Part shown: piece after piece, positions 29,359 through 38,420 of the stretch
Position numbering within the stretch: the stretch's first letter is position 1
How the letters are laid out: the number at the start of each line of letters is the position of its first letter
Virus record (IMG/VR): IMGVR_UViG_3300037261_000044
Location: 31,228-95,227 of that record
DNA length: 64,000 bases
DNA from: a virus
Reading direction: 5' to 3' (one strand)
Notes under the pieces: generated by a model
What the model was told of the DNA's origin: nothing
The model's database searches: none
Seen by the model: the letters and a program-made list of their open reading frames with translations, nothing else
Translations under genes and position numbers: made by a program

Positions 29359-29545
29359 TGATACGGTCACGAAGCGGTGTGGCAGGGGTCACCCGATGCA
29401 ATTCGTTCGTGACTTTGGGGCTGGCGGGCAGGTGGTCTGCACGCCTCTTCTAGCGGATGGGGTTCCGCTGTGCTCAATCTGTCTAACCGATGAGCAGATG
29501 CTTGAGATGACTCATCTCGGCGTCGTCATCGAACTCGAAAACTAA
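29318..29545 (+). CDS. hypothetical Zn-binding protein
   Basis: CGRGH...CSIC. Confidence 0.55.
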   Translation: MALKMPGPVLLGLSDTVTKRCGRGHPMQFVRDFGAGGQVVCTPLLADGVPLCSICLTDEQMLEMTHLGVVIELEN

Positions 29546-29561
29546 GGGAAGGAGGTAAGCA

Positions 29562-29825
29562 ATGAGCAAGGTAGTCGATAAGGTCGTAGCGTTCGTATCG
29601 AGTCCCGTCGTTCACCGCGTGGCTGCGGCTCTCGCCGTAGCGTTCGTCGGAGTTCAGGGATTCGTCGCGGTTCACGGCGTGGACTTTGGCCTCGATGCGA
29701 ACACCGTGCAGACGGTCTCCGCAGTTCTCGGTGGTCTCGTCGTTGTCGCGCACGAGTTCGTCAGTCCGGTCATCGTGCCGTTCATCACGGCGCTGTTCAA
29801 GCCGACGCCGCCCGTAGCGAAGTAA
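29562..29825 (+). CDS. holin-like two-TM protein
   Basis: 87 aa with two hydrophobic helices; AAGGAGG RBS; no endolysin seen nearby. Confidence 0.5.
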   Translation: MSKVVDKVVAFVSSPVVHRVAAALAVAFVGVQGFVAVHGVDFGLDANTVQTVSAVLGGLVVVAHEFVSPVIVPFITALFKPTPPVAK

Positions 29826-29844
29826 CACCTTCGGTGCGACGACA

Positions 29845-29872
29845 AGAGACCCCGGCAATCACCGGGGTCTCT
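29845..29872. terminator. hairpin terminator between converging operons
   Basis: AGAGACCCCGG-6-CCGGGGTCTCT perfect stem. Confidence 0.75.
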
Positions 29873-29991
29873 CTGCGTCTAAGAAATGTTGAAAATATGG
29901 GGTTGTTTTTCAACGTCTACGGGTTGTTGCGCTTGCGGAGGTCACCTAGCCCGAACAAGAGTGTCACCAAGCGGCGAGCGACCTGTGGTCA

Positions 29992-30240
29992 TCAGCGCTT
30001 GCTCCCAGATTGCGGTAGTATATCAGAGTCGCTGTTCGGTCGCTCCCGCGTGTCGTCGAGCGGTATGAGTGTATACCCGTCACCGAGCAGGAGCGCGCCG
30101 GTCTGCATGGTGGGACGGTTGCGCACGGCGCTGTCGAAGAAGGCGAACGTGTCCACGCTCTCCATCACGCGCTCGAAGTTGTCCCTCGGTTCACTGAAGC
30201 CACCGCCGGACAGCGCCTTCAGGTCGTACAGGCTTCTCAT
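29992..30240 (-). CDS. hypothetical protein
   Basis: GGAGG RBS. Confidence 0.6.
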   Translation of the reverse strand: MRSLYDLKALSGGGFSEPRDNFERVMESVDTFAFFDSAVRNRPTMQTGALLLGDGYTLIPLDDTRERPNSDSDILPQSGSKR

Positions 30241-30446
30241 GTTACCTCCACCGGTCGCCCGCAGTTCAGGCAGGTCGCCGTCGCTCTCTGGGATATGTCG
30301 CGGGCCAGTTCGACAAAGCCACCGCATCGCCCGCAACTGATGCCGCGCTTCCTGATGGCCGCAAGGTCGTCACGTTCGTCCCTTGCGAACTCGTAGCCAC
30401 TGCTGGGGTCACGGGCAACGCCGCGTGTTGGGTAGCTAGTAGCCAT
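30237..30446 (-). CDS. Zn-ribbon protein
   Basis: CGRCG...CLNCG. Confidence 0.6.
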   Translation of the reverse strand: MATSYPTRGVARDPSSGYEFARDERDDLAAIRKRGISCGRCGGFVELARDISQRATATCLNCGRPVEVT

Positions 30447-30660
30447 GCTGGCCCCAGACCTTTCCATCCTTGCCGACGCGCACGCCATTGGCCGTAATAC
30501 GCGACAGGTCAGGCTTCGGCTCTAGCCGCTCCCGGCGCTCGCGCGACAGCCTCGCCTTGCGCAGTTCTTCTGCGACCTCGTTGGTGGCGTCGCAGCAGGC
30601 CCAGACACCGATGCTGCCAATGATGGAGAAGACGGCGATGATGATGATTGCTACTTCCAT
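30436..30660 (-). CDS. small membrane protein
   Basis: N-terminal TM; TGATG coupling. Confidence 0.6.
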   Translation of the reverse strand: MEVAIIIIAVFSIIGSIGVWACCDATNEVAEELRKARLSRERRERLEPKPDLSRITANGVRVGKDGKVWGQHGY

Positions 30661-30854
30661 CAGGCTGCCACCAAGTCGAGGATGTGCTTCGGTGAGCAGA
30701 AGTACACTTCGGTCTCGCCGTTGACACACAGGCGGTGCACGCCCCGGCGCAGGGGCAGGAGCACCAGCGAGTAGATGCCGTCTTCTGCATCCAACTCGAA
30801 GAAGAACGCCTTGCCCAGCGCGTCGATGAACTTGATGCCCTTGAGTGAAATCAT
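30660..30854 (-). CDS. hypothetical protein
   Basis: GGAGGG RBS. Confidence 0.6.
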   Translation of the reverse strand: MISLKGIKFIDALGKAFFFELDAEDGIYSLVLLPLRRGVHRLCVNGETEVYFCSPKHILDLVAA

Positions 30855-31138
30855 TTCTTTCCCTCCGATGGAATGAGCAGGGCGTGGTGCGCTGCGTACA
30901 GCGCCCAGCGCCGGGTGAATACCGCCTCGCACTCGTCCGAGCAGAAGCGGTTGCGGCCTGCGGGATTGTCTTTCTTGCCGGTGACGTTCTCGCCGTCCTT
31001 GGTGCAGGTGTTGCACAGGTCGAGCGCGACATCGTGCGGGACACTGGCGAAGACCTTGCCGACTGCGGCGAAGTGCTTAATCAGTTCCGACTCGCTGGCG
31101 TCTGCCCTTGGCAGCTTCAGTAGCTTGCGCTCTTTCAT
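30851..31138 (-). CDS. hypothetical protein with CxxC...FCSDEC
   Basis: Coupled ORF. Confidence 0.6.
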   Translation of the reverse strand: MKERKLLKLPRADASESELIKHFAAVGKVFASVPHDVALDLCNTCTKDGENVTGKKDNPAGRNRFCSDECEAVFTRRWALYAAHHALLIPSEGKK

Positions 31139-31980
31139 TCGGCCTTTCCTTTCAGCGCCTCTTGCAGCGCCTCGTTGGTCGCCATCTTCAGGGCGATGTC
31201 GTTGAGCCATTCGTCGGCCTCGATGAGGTCTTGGTTCTTGTACATCCACCGGGCCAGTTCTACGAGAATGTCGAATGCGTCTTCCTTGTCCTCCTGTCGC
31301 TTGTACCGTGCATCGGCAGCGGCGTTCTCGGCGCGGTACTTGGCCTCCCAGTCGTCCTTGCGTTTCTTGCGGGCCTCGGGCGTGTGGATGCTACACAGGA
31401 ATCCCCATACGAGATTCTTGCCGTTGAGTTCGTGGCGGTCGTACTGGTATTCGGCTTTCGCTCCCTTGTTGCAGTAGCCGAAGTCGGTGCTGATGCCAGC
31501 GGAGCGCCCCACCACGAAGTCGCAGAAGTGCTTGTCCGGCTCACGATAGCCGCAGGAGCTACACGCGCCGTACGTCGGATGATGTTCGGCGCATCGCTCG
31601 AAGCGATTCCACTCCACCTTCGGGCAGTTCTTGCAACGCGGACGTACCGGATTGATGATGTGCTTCGTCAACTCTCCGGTGCGCTCGCTGAGCACCGGGC
31701 AGTCGCCCTTGCGCAGCGGCGGCAGCACCCATTCGACAAGACCATCCCGGTCTGCGACTTTCTGGCACAGCTTGCAAACCTTGGCCCACGCCTCATTCCG
31801 AGGGTCGTGCTCTACCTTGCGGTTGCACTTGTAGCCCGCCGGAGCACCGCACAGCGACTCGCGCTTCCCGTCGTGGTACAGCAGATGCCCGGTCGCTGTG
31901 AAGGGCAGGTTGTATGCCGGGACGTTGCCGTACCCGGAGACGCCGTAGTGCTTCGGGTCGATGGTGCGCTTCTCGGTCAT
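31135..31980 (-). CDS. multi-Cys Zn-binding hypothetical protein
   Basis: Many CxxC / CxxH motifs; ATGA coupling. Confidence 0.7.
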   Translation of the reverse strand: MTEKRTIDPKHYGVSGYGNVPAYNLPFTATGHLLYHDGKRESLCGAPAGYKCNRKVEHDPRNEAWAKVCKLCQKVADRDGLVEWVLPPLRKGDCPVLSERTGELTKHIINPVRPRCKNCPKVEWNRFERCAEHHPTYGACSSCGYREPDKHFCDFVVGRSAGISTDFGYCNKGAKAEYQYDRHELNGKNLVWGFLCSIHTPEARKKRKDDWEAKYRAENAAADARYKRQEDKEDAFDILVELARWMYKNQDLIEADEWLNDIALKMATNEALQEALKGKAE

Positions 31981-32672
31981 GCGTGGCACGAACAGTGGCA
32001 CGGCGACCAGTCGTCGTCGCAGCATGTCCCTGTACCGCCGCAGGACATCGGCACAGCAGGCGGCTCGTCCTCGTATCCGGCAGCGTCGTCGTGCGCCCCC
32101 TTGCAGTTCCGCAGGTCGCCGTGCTGCGGGCAGATGCCCAGCTTGAGAAGCGACTCAGCGAACTTGGTGAGGTCGGCGATAATAGTCTGGTCGTCGTCAG
32201 TCAGGTACACGTGGTCGCGGTCGATGTAGTCTCCCGGTGTGTGAACAAACGGCGTCCGATTTATCACGACGTGCGTGTGATTGCCGGTCTTGCCACAGTC
32301 CTCACAGCGCCGGGAGTCGGCTTGCCAGACGGTGCGCACGTCGCGCTGGCGCTGAAGTTCCCGGCGGTTCAGCCGAATCTTCACCGATTCCTTTGGATGC
32401 GTGCCGAACGGGTCGATGTGGCCGGGGCCGTTGAACTCCTGACCTTCCGGTGGCAGGATGCGGATGGTGGTCTCACCCGGCGGGAGCACGTAGTCGCCGC
32501 CCTTCGACTCGTCCGGTCGCACGGGAGTCAGAACGGGGCACGGGCAGTCGGTGCAATCGCTCTGAACGTGGCAGTTCTCACAGGGGCCGCGCGACACGCG
32601 CCCGAGGTCGAACTTCATCTGGCACCACCCATTGACGGGCGGCTTGTGGCATGGTTGGCAGGTAAATCCCAT
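31977..32672 (-). CDS. Cys-rich hypothetical protein
   Basis: TGATG coupling; multiple CxxC. Confidence 0.7.
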   Translation of the reverse strand: MGFTCQPCHKPPVNGWCQMKFDLGRVSRGPCENCHVQSDCTDCPCPVLTPVRPDESKGGDYVLPPGETTIRILPPEGQEFNGPGHIDPFGTHPKESVKIRLNRRELQRQRDVRTVWQADSRRCEDCGKTGNHTHVVINRTPFVHTPGDYIDRDHVYLTDDDQTIIADLTKFAESLLKLGICPQHGDLRNCKGAHDDAAGYEDEPPAVPMSCGGTGTCCDDDWSPCHCSCHA

Positions 32673-33148
32673 CAGAATCCCTCGCTTTCAAAGAACTGGT
32701 CACGGGCAGGGTCTTGGTCTGCCCAGTGTGTCAGGTACCGGGCGCACGCCTCGGCGAAATCCTCTACCGTGTTGTCCAAGCTGAGCCGCCACGACGCCGG
32801 ACGCACGTTTGCTTCCACGACGGCGGCATACGCGCGGCCTTCGCTCGTGTCCAGCCAGTCCTGTAGCGTCAGGCCGCGCGGTTCGTGGCCGGTTTCTTCG
32901 ATGATGGTCTCTTGCTGGTGAGCGTGGCACAATTCGTGCGCTTCGACCTTGATGCTCTGGCCGGGTGCCACGACAATCTCCCGCGTCGGTGCGTAGTAGA
33001 AGTCGTGCACCTGTCCATCGGCCCATGGGCAGAACCCTTGGCTTGTGCACCCGGTGTCAGTGACGTACAGGTGCACGCCGGACGGCACCGACATGCACCC
33101 GGTGAACAGGATGCCAATCATCGCCAGTGGTACTATCAGTCGCTTCAT
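32672..33148 (-). CDS. lipoprotein with HExxH zincin motif
   Basis: Signal peptide with lipobox LFTGC; AHELCH; EDFAE; GAGG RBS. Confidence 0.75.
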   Translation of the reverse strand: MKRLIVPLAMIGILFTGCMSVPSGVHLYVTDTGCTSQGFCPWADGQVHDFYYAPTREIVVAPGQSIKVEAHELCHAHQQETIIEETGHEPRGLTLQDWLDTSEGRAYAAVVEANVRPASWRLSLDNTVEDFAEACARYLTHWADQDPARDQFFESEGF

Positions 33149-33167
33149 GTTGATTCGTCCTCTCGAC

Positions 33168-33278
33168 TCATGCGGTCGTCGCTGTGCTGCGTGTCGTGAC
33201 GCCCGACCGTCACTGGTGCCCTGACGCCTACCGTATGGCGCTCTCACCGAAACAAACAGTACAGCGACCGCCGCATGA
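33168..33278 (-). ncRNA. long hairpin A with branched loop
   Basis: TCATGCGG..GTCGCTGT arms enclose two inner stems; ends just upstream of an RBS. Confidence 0.6.
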
Positions 33279-33506
33279 ACGCTGCGGTCAGCGGGGCTTA
33301 ACCCCCACCCAGTCATTAGTTTCGCCTCCCTTCGTGGGGTGCGGCCCCCGAAGTCCGCATCTAGTCACGTGTCACCACGCCCATTCGCCCCTCATGGATT
33401 TACCTTAGGATGAGCGGCCCGACTGTCAGGCCGAGCACGAACAGTACCGTCAGCACAAGGTAGACCCTGTGCGGCGGCTTCTGTCGTGGCGTCCACTCCG
33501 GCCTAG

Positions 33507-33911
33507 TCATCGGCCAATACTCGGGTCGCCGCCCCGGATGGCGCGCCAGCATGCGCAGGTGCAGAAGATGTCGCCTGCATTTGGGTCGCACGATTCGTTT
33601 CCCGGCGGCAGTGCAAGGCTGCGCTCGGAGAGCGGGTGCTTGCACGCGGGGCAGGTCGTCGGCCTGAGCCAGACGACACGGCAGCGCGGGCACTTGTCGA
33701 TGGACAGCGCCTTCGTGTCGATGGTCGCGTTCATGAGCATCGCCACCGGGAAGTACCCGGCGTCGAGGAACATGCTCCGTATGGCCTTGAGTACCAGTTC
33801 CGCGTTGTGCGGGCAGGCGACTACGGTGCCGTCCTCACTGTGCGGCGCGCCGCCTGCGGACAGGAGCGCCGCCTGCTTCGCCCATTCCTTTTCGAGGGTC
33901 GTCTTAGCCAT
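33507..33911 (-). CDS. Cys-rich hypothetical protein
   Basis: CPRC...CPAC. Confidence 0.65.
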   Translation of the reverse strand: MAKTTLEKEWAKQAALLSAGGAPHSEDGTVVACPHNAELVLKAIRSMFLDAGYFPVAMLMNATIDTKALSIDKCPRCRVVWLRPTTCPACKHPLSERSLALPPGNESCDPNAGDIFCTCACWRAIRGGDPSIGR

Positions 33912-34194
33912 CGTGCCCGTCCCTTTCGTCGGCGATGTTGATGTTGGTGAGGATGACCTCGCCCATGCGGCGCGCGAACAGGTGCTCCTGTTTCACGCAT
34001 TGCGTGCCGCCGAGTTCACGCACGAGTTTGATGCCGCGCTCGGCATTGCTCCGCATGAAGAACTCGGTAGTCGATTCGTGCGGGCCTTGCAAGAGTTCCC
34101 GCGCCTGTGATGCGGTCGCTGATGCGACGACATCGAGCAACTTCTGAAGGTGCTTCGCGTCGCCTCGACTGAGGGTTATCCTGACTGCTGCCAT
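33904..34194 (-). CDS. hypothetical protein
   Basis: AGGAG RBS. Confidence 0.65.
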   Translation of the reverse strand: MAAVRITLSRGDAKHLQKLLDVVASATASQARELLQGPHESTTEFFMRSNAERGIKLVRELGGTQCVKQEHLFARRMGEVILTNINIADERDGHDG

Positions 34195-34234
34195 TGCACA
34201 CTCTCCTGTGACTAACTGGGTTGGGTGTCATGTT

Positions 34235-34346
34235 CACCCATCGCAGAGCATGAGGTCTTCGGTACCTTCGGTCGTTATCCGCCTGCTGACACTGCCTCGC
34301 GCCCTGCGATGGGTGGGCGTACGCTGATGACAACGCACGCCCGCCC
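34235..34346 (-). ncRNA. long hairpin B plus an overlapping alternative hairpin
   Basis: 21-bp stem with G-U wobbles on the minus strand only; the upstream 16-bp hairpin shares CACCC. Confidence 0.65.
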
Positions 34347-34352
34347 GGTTCG

Positions 34353-34808
34353 TTACACCAACATCAACAGGTAGCGTAACCGCTTGTCGATAGCGGCGCG
34401 CACTTCCGGCGACACCGGCACGCCTTCGCGCGCGACTTCGTGGAGAATGACTCCCCGGCTAGTGGCGACCACGATGCCCACTTCATCGCACATGTCGATG
34501 AACTGTCGCGCCAGACTAGCGGCGCTACTCTGCGCCGTTGCTCGGCAGATGTGTGCCGGAGGGCGCAGGTACGTGCCATCGCGCCGCTTCAGACTGTACA
34601 GCATCTTGCCCTCTCGGTCGAGCAGCGACCAGTTGATGCGGTCGTACTCGCCGTGGTTGCTCAAGTTCGCCTCGATGCTCAGGCTCTTGGATGTGCGGTA
34701 ACTCTTAGCCAGCGCGCGCTTGACAGCGACATCCATGCTGGCCGCGATGATGTCTTCCTGATGCGTGCCGTTGTTCGCGGTCACGGTGACGTGGTACAAC
34801 TTGCTCAT
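34353..34808 (-). CDS. hypothetical protein
   Basis: GGAGG RBS. Confidence 0.7.
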   Translation of the reverse strand: MSKLYHVTVTANNGTHQEDIIAASMDVAVKRALAKSYRTSKSLSIEANLSNHGEYDRINWSLLDREGKMLYSLKRRDGTYLRPPAHICRATAQSSAASLARQFIDMCDEVGIVVATSRGVILHEVAREGVPVSPEVRAAIDKRLRYLLMLV

Positions 34809-34993
34809 TTCACTTCGCCTCCGAGTGTGATGGTGATGACGTTGAAGGACGTGTCACCGAGTCGCCCATGTCGTTGCTTGTGCTGCCGTAGCGCGTCACG
34901 CACGGCGGCAGGCCGCGACCCGGCGATGGTCTTGTAGCTGGCGACCAAGTAGTAGTCGGTGAACGTCACCGTGTAGCTGTATCGCTTGCTCAT
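34805..34993 (-). CDS. hypothetical protein
   Basis: GAGGG RBS. Confidence 0.6.
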   Translation of the reverse strand: MSKRYSYTVTFTDYYLVASYKTIAGSRPAAVRDALRQHKQRHGRLGDTSFNVITITLGGEVK

Positions 34994-35015
34994 GGTTCCC
35001 TCTTTCTCGGGTGAA

Positions 35016-35185
35016 CGCCCGTCAGGTGGCTTCAGGCCATGGAATCAGGTTCTCGCTATCTTCCGTGCGCCCCTGTCTCTGCCTGCATCCAGCCACCTGA
35101 CGGACGGGGCAACCTCCCTGCTGCCCTTCGTGTACGTCCTCGTCCGTTTGCACGGTCACCTGCCCTTTGTACGACAGGCGTTGCC
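35016..35185 (-). ncRNA. long hairpin C and adjacent structured domain
   Basis: 16-bp stem 35016-35031/35091-35106; GGCAAC/GTTGCC stem 35108-35185. Confidence 0.6.
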
Positions 35186-35197
35186 GGTGCTCGCTCG

Positions 35198-36272
35198 TTA
35201 CGCGGCCTTGCTGCCGCCGACCCCGGACAGTTCCAGAATCTTGTTCGTGGCCTGCGCGTTGAACTCCGCGCCAGCGCCGAGCAACTGCTTCTCGAACCGG
35301 GCCTCGCCCTCGTCGCGGCCCTTCGCTACCCGAATCTTGTCGCCGTGCGTGGTGAACCGGGTCACCGCGCTGAGCAACTGCCAGTACGAGAACGACTTCT
35401 CGCCGCCGCCGGTCGCGGTGTACTGCGGGAGCAGAAGCACTTCCTCTTTCAGCGCCTCGGTGAACGCCAGCACCCGCTCGTTGCGGTTCTGGATGGCGCG
35501 CTTGCCCTGCTTGGTGATGTCCACTTCCGGGAAGATGGTGTTCATGAACTCGTCGTAGGCGTCGCGCGCCACCTTCACGTCGTCCAGCGCGTCGGCCTTC
35601 ACCTTGAAGTCGCCGAACACACTCGCCGCCTGCGCCATCATCTTGCGCAGTTCTTGCAGCTTCTCCTGCATGTTGCCCGTGTGGCGGATGTTGACGGACA
35701 GTTCCGCGTACGCCTCGCCGAGTGCGGCGTTGAGCGTGTTGTTGCACACGACATCGACCGTCGTGAGCAGGAACTTCCCGCTGCCGGTGCCGTCGTGGCT
35801 GTTCATGCCGAGCAGGAACGGGATGATAGGGTGCTTCTGGTTGCCGACCGTGAAGCCGCTGTCCACCAGCGACATCAGCATCCACACGCGCCGACCGTCG
35901 AGCAGGCTGCCCGCTGTCTGCATCTTCGCGACGTTCAGCCCCTCGCTCGATACGAGTAGGTCGAACACGCTCGCCAGTTCCTCGTTGTGGAGCGACTGGT
36001 AGATGCCGCCGACATAGCCGAGCCGCTTGTTGTCCTTGCCGCGCATGTGCTCGAAGATGTCCGGCGCAACCTCGAAGCCGCCGGGTACGATGATACCGTT
36101 CGCGTCGGGTAGGTCTGGGCGTAGGCTGTAGAGTGGCCGCTTCTCAAGCGCCCACCCGGCGAGGCCCGCTTCCTCCAACGCCTCAGGCACGCTCATCAGG
36201 TGGTCTACCCGCGTGCCTGCGTTGTGCCATGCGCCGCCGTAGTATAGCGGCTGTCTCAATCTCGTGAGCCAT
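35198..36272 (-). CDS. DUF932 (LGT_TIGR03299-like) protein with an apparent +1 frameshift near 36245
   Basis: MAHEIET start with RBS is out of frame with YYGGAWHNAG; TAGSLLDGRRVW, NSHDG, VVCNNTL, IRHT motifs. Confidence 0.85.
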
Positions 36273-36338
36273 GGGTTCGTTTGTGTCCTTTCCAAAGACG
36301 ATGCTGGTCTGCTGGTTGGCGATAGCTGCGCGTATTGT

Positions 36339-36530
36339 TTACTGCCGGTTAACCTCCGCAATCTCATCTTCCAAGTCACCCAGTTGGGTGTCGATGTCGT
36401 CAAGCACCGTCCAGTCGATGGACTCGTTGACCTTGAGGCGCGCATCTGCGGCGATGGTCTGCTGAAGCAGGCTCGTCGTCGTGATGATGCTGGCAAGATA
36501 GTTCTCGATGGTCGTCCTCAGCTTAGCCAT
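36339..36530 (-). CDS. small acidic helical protein
   Basis: GGGAG RBS. Confidence 0.6.
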   Translation of the reverse strand: MAKLRTTIENYLASIITTTSLLQQTIAADARLKVNESIDWTVLDDIDTQLGDLEDEIAEVNRQ

Positions 36531-36933
36531 TGCGTGCTCCCTCGTACTCCCGGCTGCGCTCGCTGGTCAGTCGGTGCTGGTCGTCGTCGTTGTTCCACCA
36601 ACCGGTGACAATCTCGCCGGTCGCTGCGTCGATAACGATGGATAACTCCTGCTTGCTGGCGACGGTGCGCCCCGGCAGCTTGATGTAGCCCGAACCCCGG
36701 ACGAGCCAGCGTAGCACAGCGTTGTCACGCGCCGCCACCTGAATCTCGATGAGGTCGGCTTGCTCTGCCCATGCGCGCTCTACAAGCAACGGCAGATGCT
36801 TCGCGACGCGCCGGTAGTTGTAGTGCGGCGTGCCGGTCAGAACGTCCGGCAGACTGCGCTCGTAGCGCCTGCGGTCGAACCAGACAGGGAAGCCGAGGTC
36901 GCGGTGGTAGAGTCGAAGCGGTTCGTTGCTCAT
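36523..36933 (-). CDS. hypothetical phage protein
   Basis: LYHRDLGFP...WLVR...IVTGWWNNDDDQH. Confidence 0.7.
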   Translation of the reverse strand: MSNEPLRLYHRDLGFPVWFDRRRYERSLPDVLTGTPHYNYRRVAKHLPLLVERAWAEQADLIEIQVAARDNAVLRWLVRGSGYIKLPGRTVASKQELSIVIDAATGEIVTGWWNNDDDQHRLTSERSREYEGARNG

Positions 36934-37166
36934 CGCTTGCACCTTTCATGCCACTCTTTCTCAAGATACGGGCATTCGCCGTGGTCGCCCTTGATGCTGC
37001 TGAACTCGCACTCAGCGCGTTCGAACACTTCGTCAATCTCAGCCGTGGACAAGTCCATCGACTCGCCAAGCTGTGCGTATTGCTCTGGTGTTAAGCCAAC
37101 GGCCAGAACCTCAGCGAGCAAGCGCGGGAATTGTACGCTGTTGTCGTTCCAGATTCCGTTGCTCAT
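36930..37166 (-). CDS. hypothetical phage protein
   Basis: WNDNSVQFPRLLAE...ESMDL; AGGAG RBS. Confidence 0.7.
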   Translation of the reverse strand: MSNGIWNDNSVQFPRLLAEVLAVGLTPEQYAQLGESMDLSTAEIDEVFERAECEFSSIKGDHGECPYLEKEWHERCKR

Positions 37167-37444
37167 GATAGACTCCTGTTCGTGTCCTCGCGAATCTCCC
37201 GAAGCATGGCGAGTGTCCGACTGGCGCATGTCACCGCCACCGCTTCGCCTGCGATGTTGATGCTGTTCGGTGCGGGAATGACTTCGACCTGAACTTCGGA
37301 ACCGCACCTGCGGCAGTGTGCGACGACAACCGCATCACGCAGAGCCGTCAGGCCATGGCCGGTGAATCGAAACGGCGTCAGGTCGTGGCCGCGAAACGCT
37401 GCGGACTTGCGCGCCTGTCGCTTGAGTGTTTGAAGTGTCGGCAT
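37163..37444 (-). CDS. hypothetical protein
   Basis: GGAGG RBS; FRGH...CRRCG. Confidence 0.65.
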   Translation of the reverse strand: MPTLQTLKRQARKSAAFRGHDLTPFRFTGHGLTALRDAVVVAHCRRCGSEVQVEVIPAPNSINIAGEAVAVTCASRTLAMLREIREDTNRSLS

Positions 37445-37779
37445 CACGCGCCCCTCCTGTAGTGCACGAACGTACGCCCGTGGCATACGCACTGGCACCC
37501 GTCACGGATACCGGCATCGTCGCCCTTGAGCCGCCGTGCGCGGCATAGGCAGGCGTTCCACTCGTGCGGCGCGCCACCGCCTACTGGCTCGATGCTCCAA
37601 CCCTTGGCCTTCGCCCGCTCCACCGCCGCGCCAATTTTGCGTCGTTCCACGACTGGCGGCTGGTCTTGCTCGTAGTCGCCGCCTGATGCTTCGCTCGCAC
37701 TCAGGCCGCGCGGTGTGGCCGGTGTGTGCTCTCCCGTCAGGAACTCTCGCACCTGCTCGGGCGTTAAGGTGGTACTCAT
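37444..37779 (-). CDS. hypothetical protein
   Basis: AGGAG RBS; CQCVCH. Confidence 0.65.
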   Translation of the reverse strand: MSTTLTPEQVREFLTGEHTPATPRGLSASEASGGDYEQDQPPVVERRKIGAAVERAKAKGWSIEPVGGGAPHEWNACLCRARRLKGDDAGIRDGCQCVCHGRTFVHYRRGA

Positions 37780-37848
37780 GGCTTCTCTCCTGTGCTGCTT
37801 GCAACTGTGCAAGCGTAGCATCGGCACGCCGACGCCACGTCTGAACGG

Positions 37849-38418
37849 TTACCGGCGCTCTCCCTCAGGTCGAGGGAAGCGGAAGCACACCGACTCGATG
37901 AACTTGCGCGGGAGCGCATACTCACGCCCGTCCTTCTCGCTGCGGTAGACGAGCGTGCGCTTCTGTAGGCGCGTGATGGTCAGGTTGGCACCGTACGTGG
38001 TGGTGACAACATCGCCCGGAGCAATGACGGCGCGCGATGCGCTGCCCTTGCTGTGGAACTCGCGCACTTCCTCGCGCCACTTGCGGGCGTAGTCACTATC
38101 AGGACACGGCACCATGTCGAGCAGGGACAGCGGGCAGTCAACCTCGCACGGCCCCATGGTTTCGTCCATCGGCTTGTACACCCATTCGCTCGCGCGTTCC
38201 TTGCCGGGTGCGTTGCACTCGCGATACCTGCTGATGAGTGACAGTTCAATCGCCACCGGCACGCCGTTCTCCCGGCGGATGTTGTAGTGGTGATTGAAGT
38301 TGACGAGTCGGCAATCGGTGCGAGTCACGGCGACGCCGCCGAACTCTGCCCGCGTCATCAGTTCGCGGTCTATCTGCGCATGTGTCCCGGACTCGCCGGG
38401 GATACCGTAGCTTCCCAT
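37849..38418 (-). CDS. DUF6927-like protein
   Basis: WVYKPMDETMGP...CPLSLL...ARKWR pattern recalled from this family. Confidence 0.65.
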   Translation of the reverse strand: MGSYGIPGESGTHAQIDRELMTRAEFGGVAVTRTDCRLVNFNHHYNIRRENGVPVAIELSLISRYRECNAPGKERASEWVYKPMDETMGPCEVDCPLSLLDMVPCPDSDYARKWREEVREFHSKGSASRAVIAPGDVVTTTYGANLTITRLQKRTLVYRSEKDGREYALPRKFIESVCFRFPRPEGERR

Positions 38419-38420
38419 GG

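Noticed and set aside
29888-29914. GTTGAAAA/TTTTCAAC inverted repeat
   Set aside because: A single 8-bp pair at operon ends with no downstream gene to regulate; insufficient support
35108-35185. c-di-GMP-I riboswitch
   Set aside because: Only a superficial AAAGGGCA and GNRA resemblance; the GCAAAC and GACGCAAAGC context and P3 are missing
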